A DNA stretch of 64,000 nt from an uncultured Clostridiaceae bacterium (GCA_964394355.1 CAYMVQ010000004.1:15090-79089); one strand, 5' to 3'. Shown: positions 9,772 to 17,542, counted from the first letter of the stretch. The notes: generated from the sequence alone by a model not told the origin. Numbers and translations: made by a program.

Positions 9772-10770
9772 TTATTTAAAATTAACAACTTGTATATTAT
9801 TTATAAAATCTGATGTCTGAATCATTATAGGATAGATTTCACCAGTTGTTAAATCAAAATCATAAATTCCTCTTTGCTTGTCTACAAAAGATATTGAAAA
9901 AATATGTCTGCCATCTGATGAATATCCGGCATCTCCAACTTGCAAACGGTATGTATTCCATTTGCTAATATCTATAACTTTCTTTAATCTATTATAACGA
10001 TAGAAAGCGGATGGTTCTGAAGAATTATTATATTTTTGATCACACAATGCATAGATATCATTATCGTGAATCATTACAGTTCTAATCCACAAAGCGTCTT
10101 CAAAAAGCTTCTTTGCATTTTCAAAATTGTAATCAATTTCGTAAACAGTATGTGTAGGCATTTTAAAATTATCTTGCCCAACTGGCCCATCCTGATGTGT
10201 AACATTGTAAACTCTTTCAGTTTCAGAATATGTTGAGACAATAACCTTCTTATGCTTTCTATCAATAGCAAAAGCCTCAATGTTAGTGTCCTCATCACCC
10301 CAATAAGATATACTGTTAGTTTTCAAATCAACAACTCCTAACTTGAGGACTTGGCTACCGTTAGGACGAGCTACAAAGAATACTTTCTTGCCATCAGAAA
10401 TTATGTAATTAACGGCGAAAAGATCATTGGTTAACTGCTTTTCTTGAAAAGATTTTGTATCAAAAACATATATATTATCTCCTAAATTATCACCTATGCC
10501 TATGCGTTTAGTAAAATACACTGATTTTGACTTTGCATCGTAGAATCCTAGAGGATATTGTGCACTATATTCAAATTGAAATACTTCTTTAGCTGTTTTT
10601 CTTTTAATATCATAAACAATTATTTTAGTAAATATTTTACCTGTATCAATATTTTCATGAGAAGTTGTTATTGAGATATAGTTATTAATAGGGGAATACA
10701 TACCGATTATTGTTAGCACCACTATACCTGCTAAAACTATAGCTATAATAAGCAAAAATCTTTTTTTCAA
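9772..10770 (-). CDS. Membrane-anchored hypothetical protein (beta-propeller-like)
   Basis: 332 aa. N-terminal TM helix MKKRFLLIIAIVLAGIVVLTIIG, followed by a beta-rich sequence with repeated Y/F-x-D/S-x-D-G-like turns. AGGAG RBS. Confidence 0.55.
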   Translation of the reverse strand: MKKRFLLIIAIVLAGIVVLTIIGMYSPINNYISITTSHENIDTGKIFTKIIVYDIKRKTAKEVFQFEYSAQYPLGFYDAKSKSVYFTKRIGIGDNLGDNIYVFDTKSFQEKQLTNDLFAVNYIISDGKKVFFVARPNGSQVLKLGVVDLKTNSISYWGDEDTNIEAFAIDRKHKKVIVSTYSETERVYNVTHQDGPVGQDNFKMPTHTVYEIDYNFENAKKLFEDALWIRTVMIHDNDIYALCDQKYNNSSEPSAFYRYNRLKKVIDISKWNTYRLQVGDAGYSSDGRHIFSISFVDKQRGIYDFDLTTGEIYPIMIQTSDFINNIQVVNFK

Positions 10771-10795
10771 AATTGAAATCTCCTTATAAATTTCC

Positions 10796-10845
10796 GAATT
10801 AAAAATCTAAAGCAATTATATCAAAAAGTAATCTATGTGTCATTC
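10796..10845 (-). promoter_or_regulatory. Sigma-A-type promoter module (ATGACA-N17-TGaTATAAT on the minus strand), copy 1
   Basis: -10 at 10815-10820 and -35 at 10838-10843 (minus-strand reading). 43/46 identical to 12800-12845. Confidence 0.6.
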
Positions 10846-11041
10846 CACTATTCCTGCAAATTATAAAGTAGTGCTAATTTAAATCAGAATCTTAGCAAAT
10901 ATAAAATAATAGAACTTTATATTCTGCGAATTATAGCAATATTTTTAATGGACTTTTTGTTTGTAAACATACTAATTTAGTGATAAAATTCTTTTAAGTA
11001 ATAATTTTAGGGGATGCAAAAATACTTAAAGGGATGATATT

Positions 11042-11992
11042 ATGGAAAGATTTATATTGGGAAGAACAGATATAGAAGTAACAAGACTTTGTTTTGGAGC
11101 GTTGCCGATAGGACCTTTGCAAAAAAACTTATCTATTCCTGAAGGCAGTAAAGTAATAGAATATGCCCTTAATAGCGGTATTAATTTTATTGATACGGCA
11201 CAGGGCTATAAGACCTACCCTTACATAAAAACTGCATTGGAGAATACAGGCATACATCCTGTTATTGCTACAAAGTCTACGGCTATTGATTATGAGGAAA
11301 TGGAGAAAGCCATTTTTGAGGCATTGGAATCTATGAATATAGATTATATTGATATCTTTCATCTACATTCTGCTAGGGCTAATCCTGATGTATTTGAGGT
11401 GCGGAGAGGTGCTCTTGATTGTCTATTGGATTATAAGAAAAAAGGCATTATAAAAGCAGTGGGCATATCAACCCACAGTGTAGAAGTTGTAGAAGCGGCA
11501 GCTTATAGAAATGAAATAGATGTGGTTTTTCCTTTGATCAATAAAATTGGACGAGGTGTACTGGAAGGTACAGTAGCTGGTATGGAGAAGGCCATAGATG
11601 ATTGCCGCAAAAACGGCAAAGGTATATATCTTATGAAGGTTCTGGGCGGCGGTACTATGATAGATGATTTTGAAAGCAGCATAGAATATGCGTTGGGTCT
11701 AGGAAAACAGTATTCAATAGCAATTGGTATGGTAAGCGAAGAAGAAGTGGAATTTAATACAAAATACTTTAATGGATTCAAAGATTTGGAAGGTATTATT
11801 AAAATTAAAAATAAAAAAGAAGTAAGAGTGTCCCAAGGGATGTGTATAGGTTGCGGCACCTGCATAAGTGTATGTCATAGCGATGCCATCGACTTCGATG
11901 AGAATGAAAAGGCTTTTATTGATCAATCAAAATGTATTCAATGCGGATATTGTGTTGCTTCTTGTCCGGAGTTTTGTATACGTGTTTTTTGA
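11042..11992 (+). CDS. Aldo/keto reductase fused to a 2x[4Fe-4S] ferredoxin domain
   Basis: 316 aa. The N-terminal AKR pattern is GRTDIEVTRLCFGALPIG...IDTAQGY. The C-terminus carries CIGCGTCISVC and CIQCGYCVASCP cluster motifs. Confidence 0.8.
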   Translation: MERFILGRTDIEVTRLCFGALPIGPLQKNLSIPEGSKVIEYALNSGINFIDTAQGYKTYPYIKTALENTGIHPVIATKSTAIDYEEMEKAIFEALESMNIDYIDIFHLHSARANPDVFEVRRGALDCLLDYKKKGIIKAVGISTHSVEVVEAAAYRNEIDVVFPLINKIGRGVLEGTVAGMEKAIDDCRKNGKGIYLMKVLGGGTMIDDFESSIEYALGLGKQYSIAIGMVSEEEVEFNTKYFNGFKDLEGIIKIKNKKEVRVSQGMCIGCGTCISVCHSDAIDFDENEKAFIDQSKCIQCGYCVASCPEFCIRVF

Positions 11993-12636
11993 TTAGCTAT
12001 AAAATTAAGAGTGATGATTTTATTATCAATTTTTATTAAGCCTTCATCCTTCATTCGTTTAAGTTCACGAAAGAGGGAAGGTCTTTGCACACCAAAGTAA
12101 TCAGCTAGCTGTTTTTTAGAAATTGGAAGCAAAATGATATGTGACTTTTGTTTCACAGATAAGTCTATTAAATAGTCTATAAGATTTTCCCTGAGACTTT
12201 TTTGTGTATACATAGCCATTCTTTCATTAATGCCTTGAGAGTTTAATGATAGTGATCTAATAAATGACATAACAAAACTATAATCTTTTAATAGCTCTAG
12301 GACAGCATCTTTGTAAATATGAAAAAGAACACAATTTTCGGTGCAATAAATATTCATAGGATATTTATTCTCATTTCCAAATAACAAGTTAGCACCTATA
12401 ACACTATTTTTTTTAAATTCAAATACTCTGGTTTCTGACCCGTTGGGAGAAAGGGAATATGCTACTAGGCTGCCGGATAAAACTATATCCATGCCTAGGC
12501 ATTCTGAGCCATGCTCATGCACTGTTGCTCCTTTATGAAATGCTCGCTTTATAATCTGATTTTTACTTACCAGGTTCTTCAAATACTCCTTTTCAATTTT
12601 ATTAAAAAGATTAAAACTACTCAATTCTTTTAACAT
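11938..12636 (-). CDS. Crp/Fnr-family transcriptional regulator
   Basis: 232 aa. N-terminal cNMP-binding-like beta-roll and a C-terminal HTH (ISKKQLADYFGVQRPSLFRELKRM). The 3' end overlaps the convergent AKR gene by 55 nt. Confidence 0.8.
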   Translation of the reverse strand: MLKELSSFNLFNKIEKEYLKNLVSKNQIIKRAFHKGATVHEHGSECLGMDIVLSGSLVAYSLSPNGSETRVFEFKKNSVIGANLLFGNENKYPMNIYCTENCVLFHIYKDAVLELLKDYSFVMSFIRSLSLNSQGINERMAMYTQKSLRENLIDYLIDLSVKQKSHIILLPISKKQLADYFGVQRPSLFRELKRMKDEGLIKIDNKIITLNFIANQKTRIQNSGQEATQYPH

Positions 12637-12650
12637 AAATTACACCTCTG

Positions 12651-12790
12651 ATAAAGATTGCGAAGCAATCTTTGTAGAACTAAGAACTAAGAACTAAGAG
12701 CTAAGGTATTTCTTCCTATAACGGAACGACACAGAGATCGTTCCCCACCTTAAACATCTCTCCGTGCAAATCCGTGGTTTCCTACCCTTT
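12651..12790. repeat. Structured intergenic repeat element (family member) in the predicted 5'UTR of the Crp/Fnr gene
   Basis: 9-bp hairpin AAAGATTGC-GAA-GCAATCTTT at 12653-12673. Four tandem heptamers GAACTAA/GAGCTAA at 12677-12704. 7-bp hairpin GGAACGA...TCGTTCC. Modules are shared with 1-170 and 14979-15068. Confidence 0.55.
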
Positions 12791-12799
12791 ATATATCAT

Positions 12800-12849
12800 G
12801 AATTAAAAATCTAAATTAATTATATCAAAAAGTAACCTATGTGTCTATA
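12800..12849 (-). promoter_or_regulatory. Sigma-A-type promoter module (TAGACA-N17-TGaTATAAT on the minus strand), copy 2
   Basis: -10 at 12819-12824 and -35 at 12842-12847 (minus-strand reading). Near-identical to 10796-10841. Confidence 0.6.
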
Positions 12850-12904
12850 TTCTTGAATCTTTGGCTGATAGAATAGACCTAATCTTTTAAAGGAGGCATC
12901 AGAT

Positions 12905-13387
12905 ATGGATGTTTTTACTCTTGCCATATGGATTGGCACCCTAGTATTTTTAATATTTTCCTTTATAAAAAATAAGGCTAAAACCAAACAAGCTCTAAAG
13001 ATGGCTTTAGGCATGGGCAAAGGGATGGCCCTTAGCATCTTCTCCATTATTTTTGCAATTGGTCTAATTCTAACTTTTTTACCAGCGGAAGAAATAGCTA
13101 ATTTTGTATCAAAGCAATCTGTACTATTAGCTACAATTGTATCTGCTTTAATTGGTACAATCACATTAGTTCCGGCTTTTATTGCTTTTCCTTTGGTAGG
13201 GACTTTAGTAAATGCTGGGGTTGGAGTTGTGCCTGCAGTATCTTTTCTAACAACTTTGACCATGGTGGGTGTTGTAACATTTCCTTTAGAAAAAAAGGAA
13301 TTTGGTGTAAAGTTTACTGCGGTGCGTAATGGACTTAGCTTTTTATTTGCAATATTTATTGCACTTTTGATGGGGGTGATTATATAA
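12905..13387 (+). CDS. Permease subunit (two-component membrane permease, N-terminal half)
   Basis: 160 aa, entirely hydrophobic. AGGAGG RBS. Stop overlaps the next start (TAATG). Confidence 0.6.
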   Translation: MDVFTLAIWIGTLVFLIFSFIKNKAKTKQALKMALGMGKGMALSIFSIIFAIGLILTFLPAEEIANFVSKQSVLLATIVSALIGTITLVPAFIAFPLVGTLVNAGVGVVPAVSFLTTLTMVGVVTFPLEKKEFGVKFTAVRNGLSFLFAIFIALLMGVII

Positions 13388-14103
13388 TGATTTTAGAAAA
13401 GATTAAAGAAAACATATTTTTAACCTTTATTGTTTTTATTTACTTGGCACTATTTATAGTAAGCCCAGTTATGGGAATAAACTCAGTTAAAAATAGTGGC
13501 TATTATATAAAAGAAATGATTATTATTATGCCTGTTATATTTATACTTACGGCACTTCTTGATATGTGGGTAGCAAAAGAAAAAATTATGCAGTTTTTAG
13601 GAAATGATGCCGGGTATAAAGGAATAGTATTTGCATTTGTAGTTGGCAGCATCTCCGCAGGTCCCATTTATGCCGCATTTCCTATGTGTGTAATGCTTCA
13701 TAAAAAGGGAGCATCCATTAGAAATATTATAATTATCCTAAGCTCCTGGGCGGTAATAAAAGTGCCAATGCTCTTAAATGAAGCGAAATTTTTAGGACCT
13801 AAATTTATGATTATTCGTTGGATACTAACGGTTATTGCGATTTTACTTTTCTCTTGGATAGCGGAAAAAGTAGTAAAAGATGAGGACTTGCCTGCCGATG
13901 TAAGGGAGCAAACAGGTTTAAATATAAATAAAGACGCTTGCATGGGATGCAATTTATGTGCAAAATCCTACCCAGAGCTTTTTCAAATGGAAGGCAAAAA
14001 GGCCATTGTCAAAGATTATGAAGAAAAGGATATGGACAAAGAAAGGCTAAAAGAGGCCATAGATGCATGTCCTGTAAGTGCAATATCCTTTAATACTATA
14101 TAG
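13387..14103 (+). CDS. Permease subunit (C-terminal half) fused to a single-cluster ferredoxin domain
   Basis: 238 aa. About 160 hydrophobic residues, then CMGCNLC...CPVSAISF (CxxCxxC...CP). Confidence 0.6.
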   Translation: MILEKIKENIFLTFIVFIYLALFIVSPVMGINSVKNSGYYIKEMIIIMPVIFILTALLDMWVAKEKIMQFLGNDAGYKGIVFAFVVGSISAGPIYAAFPMCVMLHKKGASIRNIIIILSSWAVIKVPMLLNEAKFLGPKFMIIRWILTVIAILLFSWIAEKVVKDEDLPADVREQTGLNINKDACMGCNLCAKSYPELFQMEGKKAIVKDYEEKDMDKERLKEAIDACPVSAISFNTI

Positions 14104-14160
14104 ATATTTCAAAATAAAGCGCTTTGTGAGTTTTTAAGAATCTCACAAAATGAGATTTGA

Positions 14161-14275
14161 TATTTAATCCTTTCTTAGTTTTTCGGCTTCGTTTTACTTC
14201 GCTGCTTGCTTTGAATAAGTCCGAGGCTACAGAGAAAAAAGGCTAGAGTTCGACTAAGCGTAAACTATAAGCAAA
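14161..14275. repeat. Intergenic repeat element (second sub-family)
   Basis: TATTTAATCCTTTCTTAGT (14161-14179) matches 34077-34095 at 18/19. GCTGCTTGC and TAAACTATAA are shared with 55333-55352. Confidence 0.45.
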
Positions 14276-14280
14276 TAATT

Positions 14281-14322
14281 AATACCCTACTGATATCTTT
14301 ATAGTAGGGTATTATATTTTTT
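14281..14322 (+). terminator. Intrinsic terminator
   Basis: Perfect 11-bp stem AATACCCTACT (14281-14291) and AGTAGGGTATT (14303-14313), followed by ATATTTTTT. Confidence 0.7.
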
Positions 14323-14487
14323 AAAAAAGATGTATAATGATGGAGAAAAGATAATTTGCTAAAGATTTATAAAAAGCTTTTTATTTCGTAAAATCATTTT
14401 TGGAAAAGACGGAATAGGGGTAATTGGAAATTTTAAAGTCTATGGCGCTGGTTACATAGAAGTTTTATTAATCTAAGGAGTGAAAAA

Positions 14488-14976
14488 ATGTATAGAGAAA
14501 TGAGAAGAAAAAAACAATTACTTTCAAAGGAAGAAACAATAAAAATTTTAAAATCATGTACTGCAGGAGTGCTAGGTCTTTGTGGACATAATGAGTATCC
14601 TTATACTGTACCCCTAAGCTATATTCTTAAAGATGATAAATTATATTTTCACTGTGCAAAGGAAGGCCATAAGATAGATTGTATAAAAAATAATGATAAA
14701 GTTTCTTTTTGTGTCATAGAAAAAGATGAAGTAATACAAGAAACTTTTACTACTCACTTTAGAAGTGCTATTGTATTTGGCAAAGCTAGAACTGTAGATA
14801 ATGACAATGAGAAAATCGCAGTTATGATGCTTTTGGCAGAGAAATATTCTCCAGATTTTCTTAAAGATGCTCCAGCAGCCATTGAAAAAGAACTCAAAAA
14901 TCTTTGTGTAGTTGAAATAAGGATAGAACATATGACAGGCAAGGCAGCTATTGAAATAGTAAATGGGCAAGCATAA
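14488..14976 (+). CDS. Pyridoxamine 5'-phosphate oxidase-family (NimA-like) protein
   Basis: 162 aa. N-terminus MYREMRRKKQLLSKEE...YPYTVPLSY is typical of Nim/PNPOx-like flavoproteins. AAGGAG RBS. Confidence 0.75.
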   Translation: MYREMRRKKQLLSKEETIKILKSCTAGVLGLCGHNEYPYTVPLSYILKDDKLYFHCAKEGHKIDCIKNNDKVSFCVIEKDEVIQETFTTHFRSAIVFGKARTVDNDNEKIAVMMLLAEKYSPDFLKDAPAAIEKELKNLCVVEIRIEHMTGKAAIEIVNGQA

Positions 14977-14978
14977 TA

Positions 14979-15068
14979 GATAAAGATTGCGAAATGTCTA
15001 AGGAAGACGGTAACCACGGATTAACACTGACGAGGACATGGATATGCACGGCGGGATGTAAAATAGCA
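14979..15068. repeat. Intergenic repeat element between the two Nim-like genes
   Basis: Begins with the same 14-mer ATAAAGATTGCGAA as 12651. It then carries AACCACGGATT and TGCACGGCGGGATGT, which are the reverse complement of modules at 12745-12785. Confidence 0.5.
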
Positions 15069-15085
15069 AAAGGAGGTTCTCAGAA

Positions 15086-15652
15086 TTGAGGAGAAAAGAT
15101 AGAGAAATGGACAAAGAATTCGGTCTAAAAATTATTGATAAATCGAAATATGGCGTTCTTTCTATGGTAGATGAAGAAAACAAACCCTTTGGCCTGCCTT
15201 TATCAATAGTAAGGGATGGGGATAATTTATATTTTCATTCTGCCCAAGGAGGAAGAAAAGTAGATATATTAAAGAAAAATCCTAATGTCAGCATAGCTTT
15301 TATAGGCCATATACAAGTACCTGAAAATTTTACTGAAGACGAATTAAAGAGTATGGCTAAAGATGAATCAAAAGCAACAGTATTTATAAGCAGTGTCTTT
15401 ACTACTGAATACGAATCTGCCATTGTGGAAGGAAAAGCAAAGTTAATTAAAGACGAGGAAGAAAAAATAAAAGCTATGAGATTAATATGTGAAAAGTACA
15501 CTCCTTCAAAGATGGACTATTTTAATATTGCAATAAAAGCAGGATTAAAAAAAGCAAATCTATATAAAATAGAAATTGAAAGGCTTACAGCAAAGAGGAA
15601 AAAGTATGATAAGGGCGGCAAAGAAATGAAGTATGGCAGAATGGAAGAATAA
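15086..15652 (+). CDS. Pyridoxamine 5'-phosphate oxidase-family (NimA-like) protein, paralog
   Basis: 188 aa. TTG start 9 nt after an AAGGAGG RBS. The N-terminus MRRKDREM is typical of the family. Confidence 0.75.
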   Translation: MRRKDREMDKEFGLKIIDKSKYGVLSMVDEENKPFGLPLSIVRDGDNLYFHSAQGGRKVDILKKNPNVSIAFIGHIQVPENFTEDELKSMAKDESKATVFISSVFTTEYESAIVEGKAKLIKDEEEKIKAMRLICEKYTPSKMDYFNIAIKAGLKKANLYKIEIERLTAKRKKYDKGGKEMKYGRMEE

Positions 15653-15657
15653 TCATA

Positions 15658-15722
15658 TTGACAAATTAATATTAAGAATGATACTATATCGATAGTGGAT
15701 ATATCTAACATCGATATAGTAT
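15658..15722 (+). promoter_or_regulatory. padR promoter with an overlapping 13-bp perfect inverted repeat (candidate operator)
   Basis: TTGACA (15658-15663)-N18-TGaTACTAT. Inverted repeat ATACTATATCGAT (15681-15693) and ATCGATATAGTAT (15710-15722) with a 16-nt spacer. Confidence 0.55.
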
Positions 15723-15781
15723 TTTATTTTTACTTATTTTATTTAAATAGCATAGGATATTCAGCTTTTAGGGAGGTTAAC

Positions 15782-16114
15782 ATGGCTAGGGAGCAATTAA
15801 AGACTTTAACTGAGCAAATGTATTACATACTACTTAATTTAATAAAGCCTAATCACGGCTATGGTATTATGCAGGATGTTGATAGCCAAACTAAAGGAAG
15901 AGTAAAAATAGGGGCTGGTACTTTATATAATCTTTTATCTAGATTTGAGGAAGAGGATATTATAAAACAAATTTCAGATGAAGATAGAAGGAAAACATAT
16001 ATAATAACCCCAAAAGGCATAGATATTTTGAAGCAAGAATATGAAAGATTAAGACAATTAATTGAAGATGGCAAATGTATTTTGGAAGGGGAAAAGCTAA
16101 ATGGGCAAAAGTAA
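15782..16114 (+). CDS. PadR-family transcriptional regulator
   Basis: ATG 15782 follows a GGGAGG RBS. About 110 aa. The winged-helix pattern YYILLNLIKPNHGYGIMQDV...GTLYNLLSRFEEEDII is typical of PadR. Confidence 0.8.
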   Translation: MAREQLKTLTEQMYYILLNLIKPNHGYGIMQDVDSQTKGRVKIGAGTLYNLLSRFEEEDIIKQISDEDRRKTYIITPKGIDILKQEYERLRQLIEDGKCILEGEKLNGQK

Positions 16115-17453
16115 AAGAATATTCTGGGGATTTTTATCCCTTGATTACAAAGCTATAGAAGAATATTTGGAGGAAATGGCCAGTAAGGGATGGATGCTTG
16201 AAAAAGTGGGAAGATGGTCTGCCCAATTTAGATCCATGGAAGCAAAGAAGCTAAAATTTTATGTAGATATTTTTAAAGATGGAGGGCCATTTTCGCCGGA
16301 GAATACTGAGGAAGCAGAAGAATATAGAAATCTGTGTAAAGAATCCGGATGGAACTTTATAACTTCCCGAGATTATTTGCAGTTTTTTTATGCCGAGGAA
16401 GATACGAACCCCACGCCCATACAGACTGATGACGCTTTGGAACAAGAAATAGTTAAATCTACTCTTTGGAAGACGGAGCTAATAAGCCTAATTATTCTTA
16501 TTGCTTTTTCAATTAAAATAACGACTTTATACCTACCAACAGAGTACAGATATTTATTGAGTTTTGTAGGCGTAGCAGGGATATTATTTCCATTGTTGAC
16601 CATAAGCGTGGCATCCCCGGTTATTTATAGCTTAATCCGGACTGTTAAGGCTAGAAAGGATTTAAGCAGAGGTTTACCTATAGAAAAACCTACTTTGGCA
16701 AGTGCTAGAAAGCGCATGATTTTATTACACTATATTACAATTGCAATTGCCATTATATTTATTTTTGCATTTGCTATAGATACATTTTTTAGACCTGAAG
16801 TTGTTTCAATTTCTTTATCAGGGCCCCTTATCGGCATAATTATAGGCTTAATAACTAGATTCTTTATTAAGAAAAAGTCCAAAGATAAAAAAGATAGCGT
16901 CTTATATGTGACCTTTGCTATATTAGGAGTATTGTTTATAGTTGCTATTACAAATTCAATATTTAGTCACATAGGCAGCAGCCCTAGCTATAAAAAAGCT
17001 ACAATACCCCAGGGATACCCCATTATTACAATGTCAGACTTGTCAGAAGATTCGGCACAGGGTATATTGGTGAGTAGCGAGTTTAATAGGGGTATGAGCC
17101 CTATAGTAGCTAAACATTTTTCTTACTCGGAGCTATGGGACGATGGGGGTAAAAGAGATAGTATATATATTAAATACTATAAATGCATTAACCCATATTT
17201 TGCTGAAATGATTTTTAATGGTATAGTAGCAGAGCTAAAAGAGGGCATAAAATATAAAGGCATGAGGCTATTTCAAAGAGCTCTTATTTATGATGAGGAA
17301 ATGAAAAACTTGTGGGATGTAGATAATTTTGTATTGACTAAAGAGCGAGATGAATTAATAGTACAAAAAGGAAATATAGTAGTGAACTTAACTGCCAGTT
17401 TTGATTTAGAAGATTCTCGTGTAAGGGAAGTAACAATTGATAAGTTTTTCTAA
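16101..17453 (+). CDS. DUF2812-domain membrane protein
   Basis: 450 aa. The N-terminus FWGFLSLDYKAIEEYLEEMASKGWML is typical of DUF2812. Has central TM helices. Overlaps padR by 14 nt, the usual PadR-DUF2812 pairing. Confidence 0.7.
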   Translation: MGKSKRIFWGFLSLDYKAIEEYLEEMASKGWMLEKVGRWSAQFRSMEAKKLKFYVDIFKDGGPFSPENTEEAEEYRNLCKESGWNFITSRDYLQFFYAEEDTNPTPIQTDDALEQEIVKSTLWKTELISLIILIAFSIKITTLYLPTEYRYLLSFVGVAGILFPLLTISVASPVIYSLIRTVKARKDLSRGLPIEKPTLASARKRMILLHYITIAIAIIFIFAFAIDTFFRPEVVSISLSGPLIGIIIGLITRFFIKKKSKDKKDSVLYVTFAILGVLFIVAITNSIFSHIGSSPSYKKATIPQGYPIITMSDLSEDSAQGILVSSEFNRGMSPIVAKHFSYSELWDDGGKRDSIYIKYYKCINPYFAEMIFNGIVAELKEGIKYKGMRLFQRALIYDEEMKNLWDVDNFVLTKERDELIVQKGNIVVNLTASFDLEDSRVREVTIDKFF

Positions 17454-17512
17454 AATCCATTTGCATTATAAAAGGATTAGTAGTATACTATTTTTAATCT
17501 TTAGGAAGAAAG

Positions 17513-17542
17513 TTGAATTTACTAGATTATAATTGTTAGAAT
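17513..17542 (+). promoter_or_regulatory. Candidate his operon promoter
   Basis: TTGAAT (17513-17518)-N18-TGtTAGAAT (17534-17542). Confidence 0.4.

Noticed and set aside
12677-12704. Possible CRISPR or other spacer-repeat array suggested by tandem short repeats
   Set aside because: The units are contiguous 7-nt repeats with no spacers, only 3-4 copies long, and there are no cas genes. They are micro-tandem repeats within a dispersed element, not a CRISPR array.
12820-13263. 147-aa minus-strand ORF
   Set aside because: It is antisense to the hydrophobic permease gene 12905-13387 and runs into the promoter region. It has low-complexity composition and no RBS, so it is a shadow ORF.
15695-15781. 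N-terminal extension of the padR ORF (MDISNIDIVFYFY...)
   Set aside because: It begins inside the inverted-repeat operator/promoter. ATG 15782 follows a GGGAGG RBS and gives a PadR of typical length.
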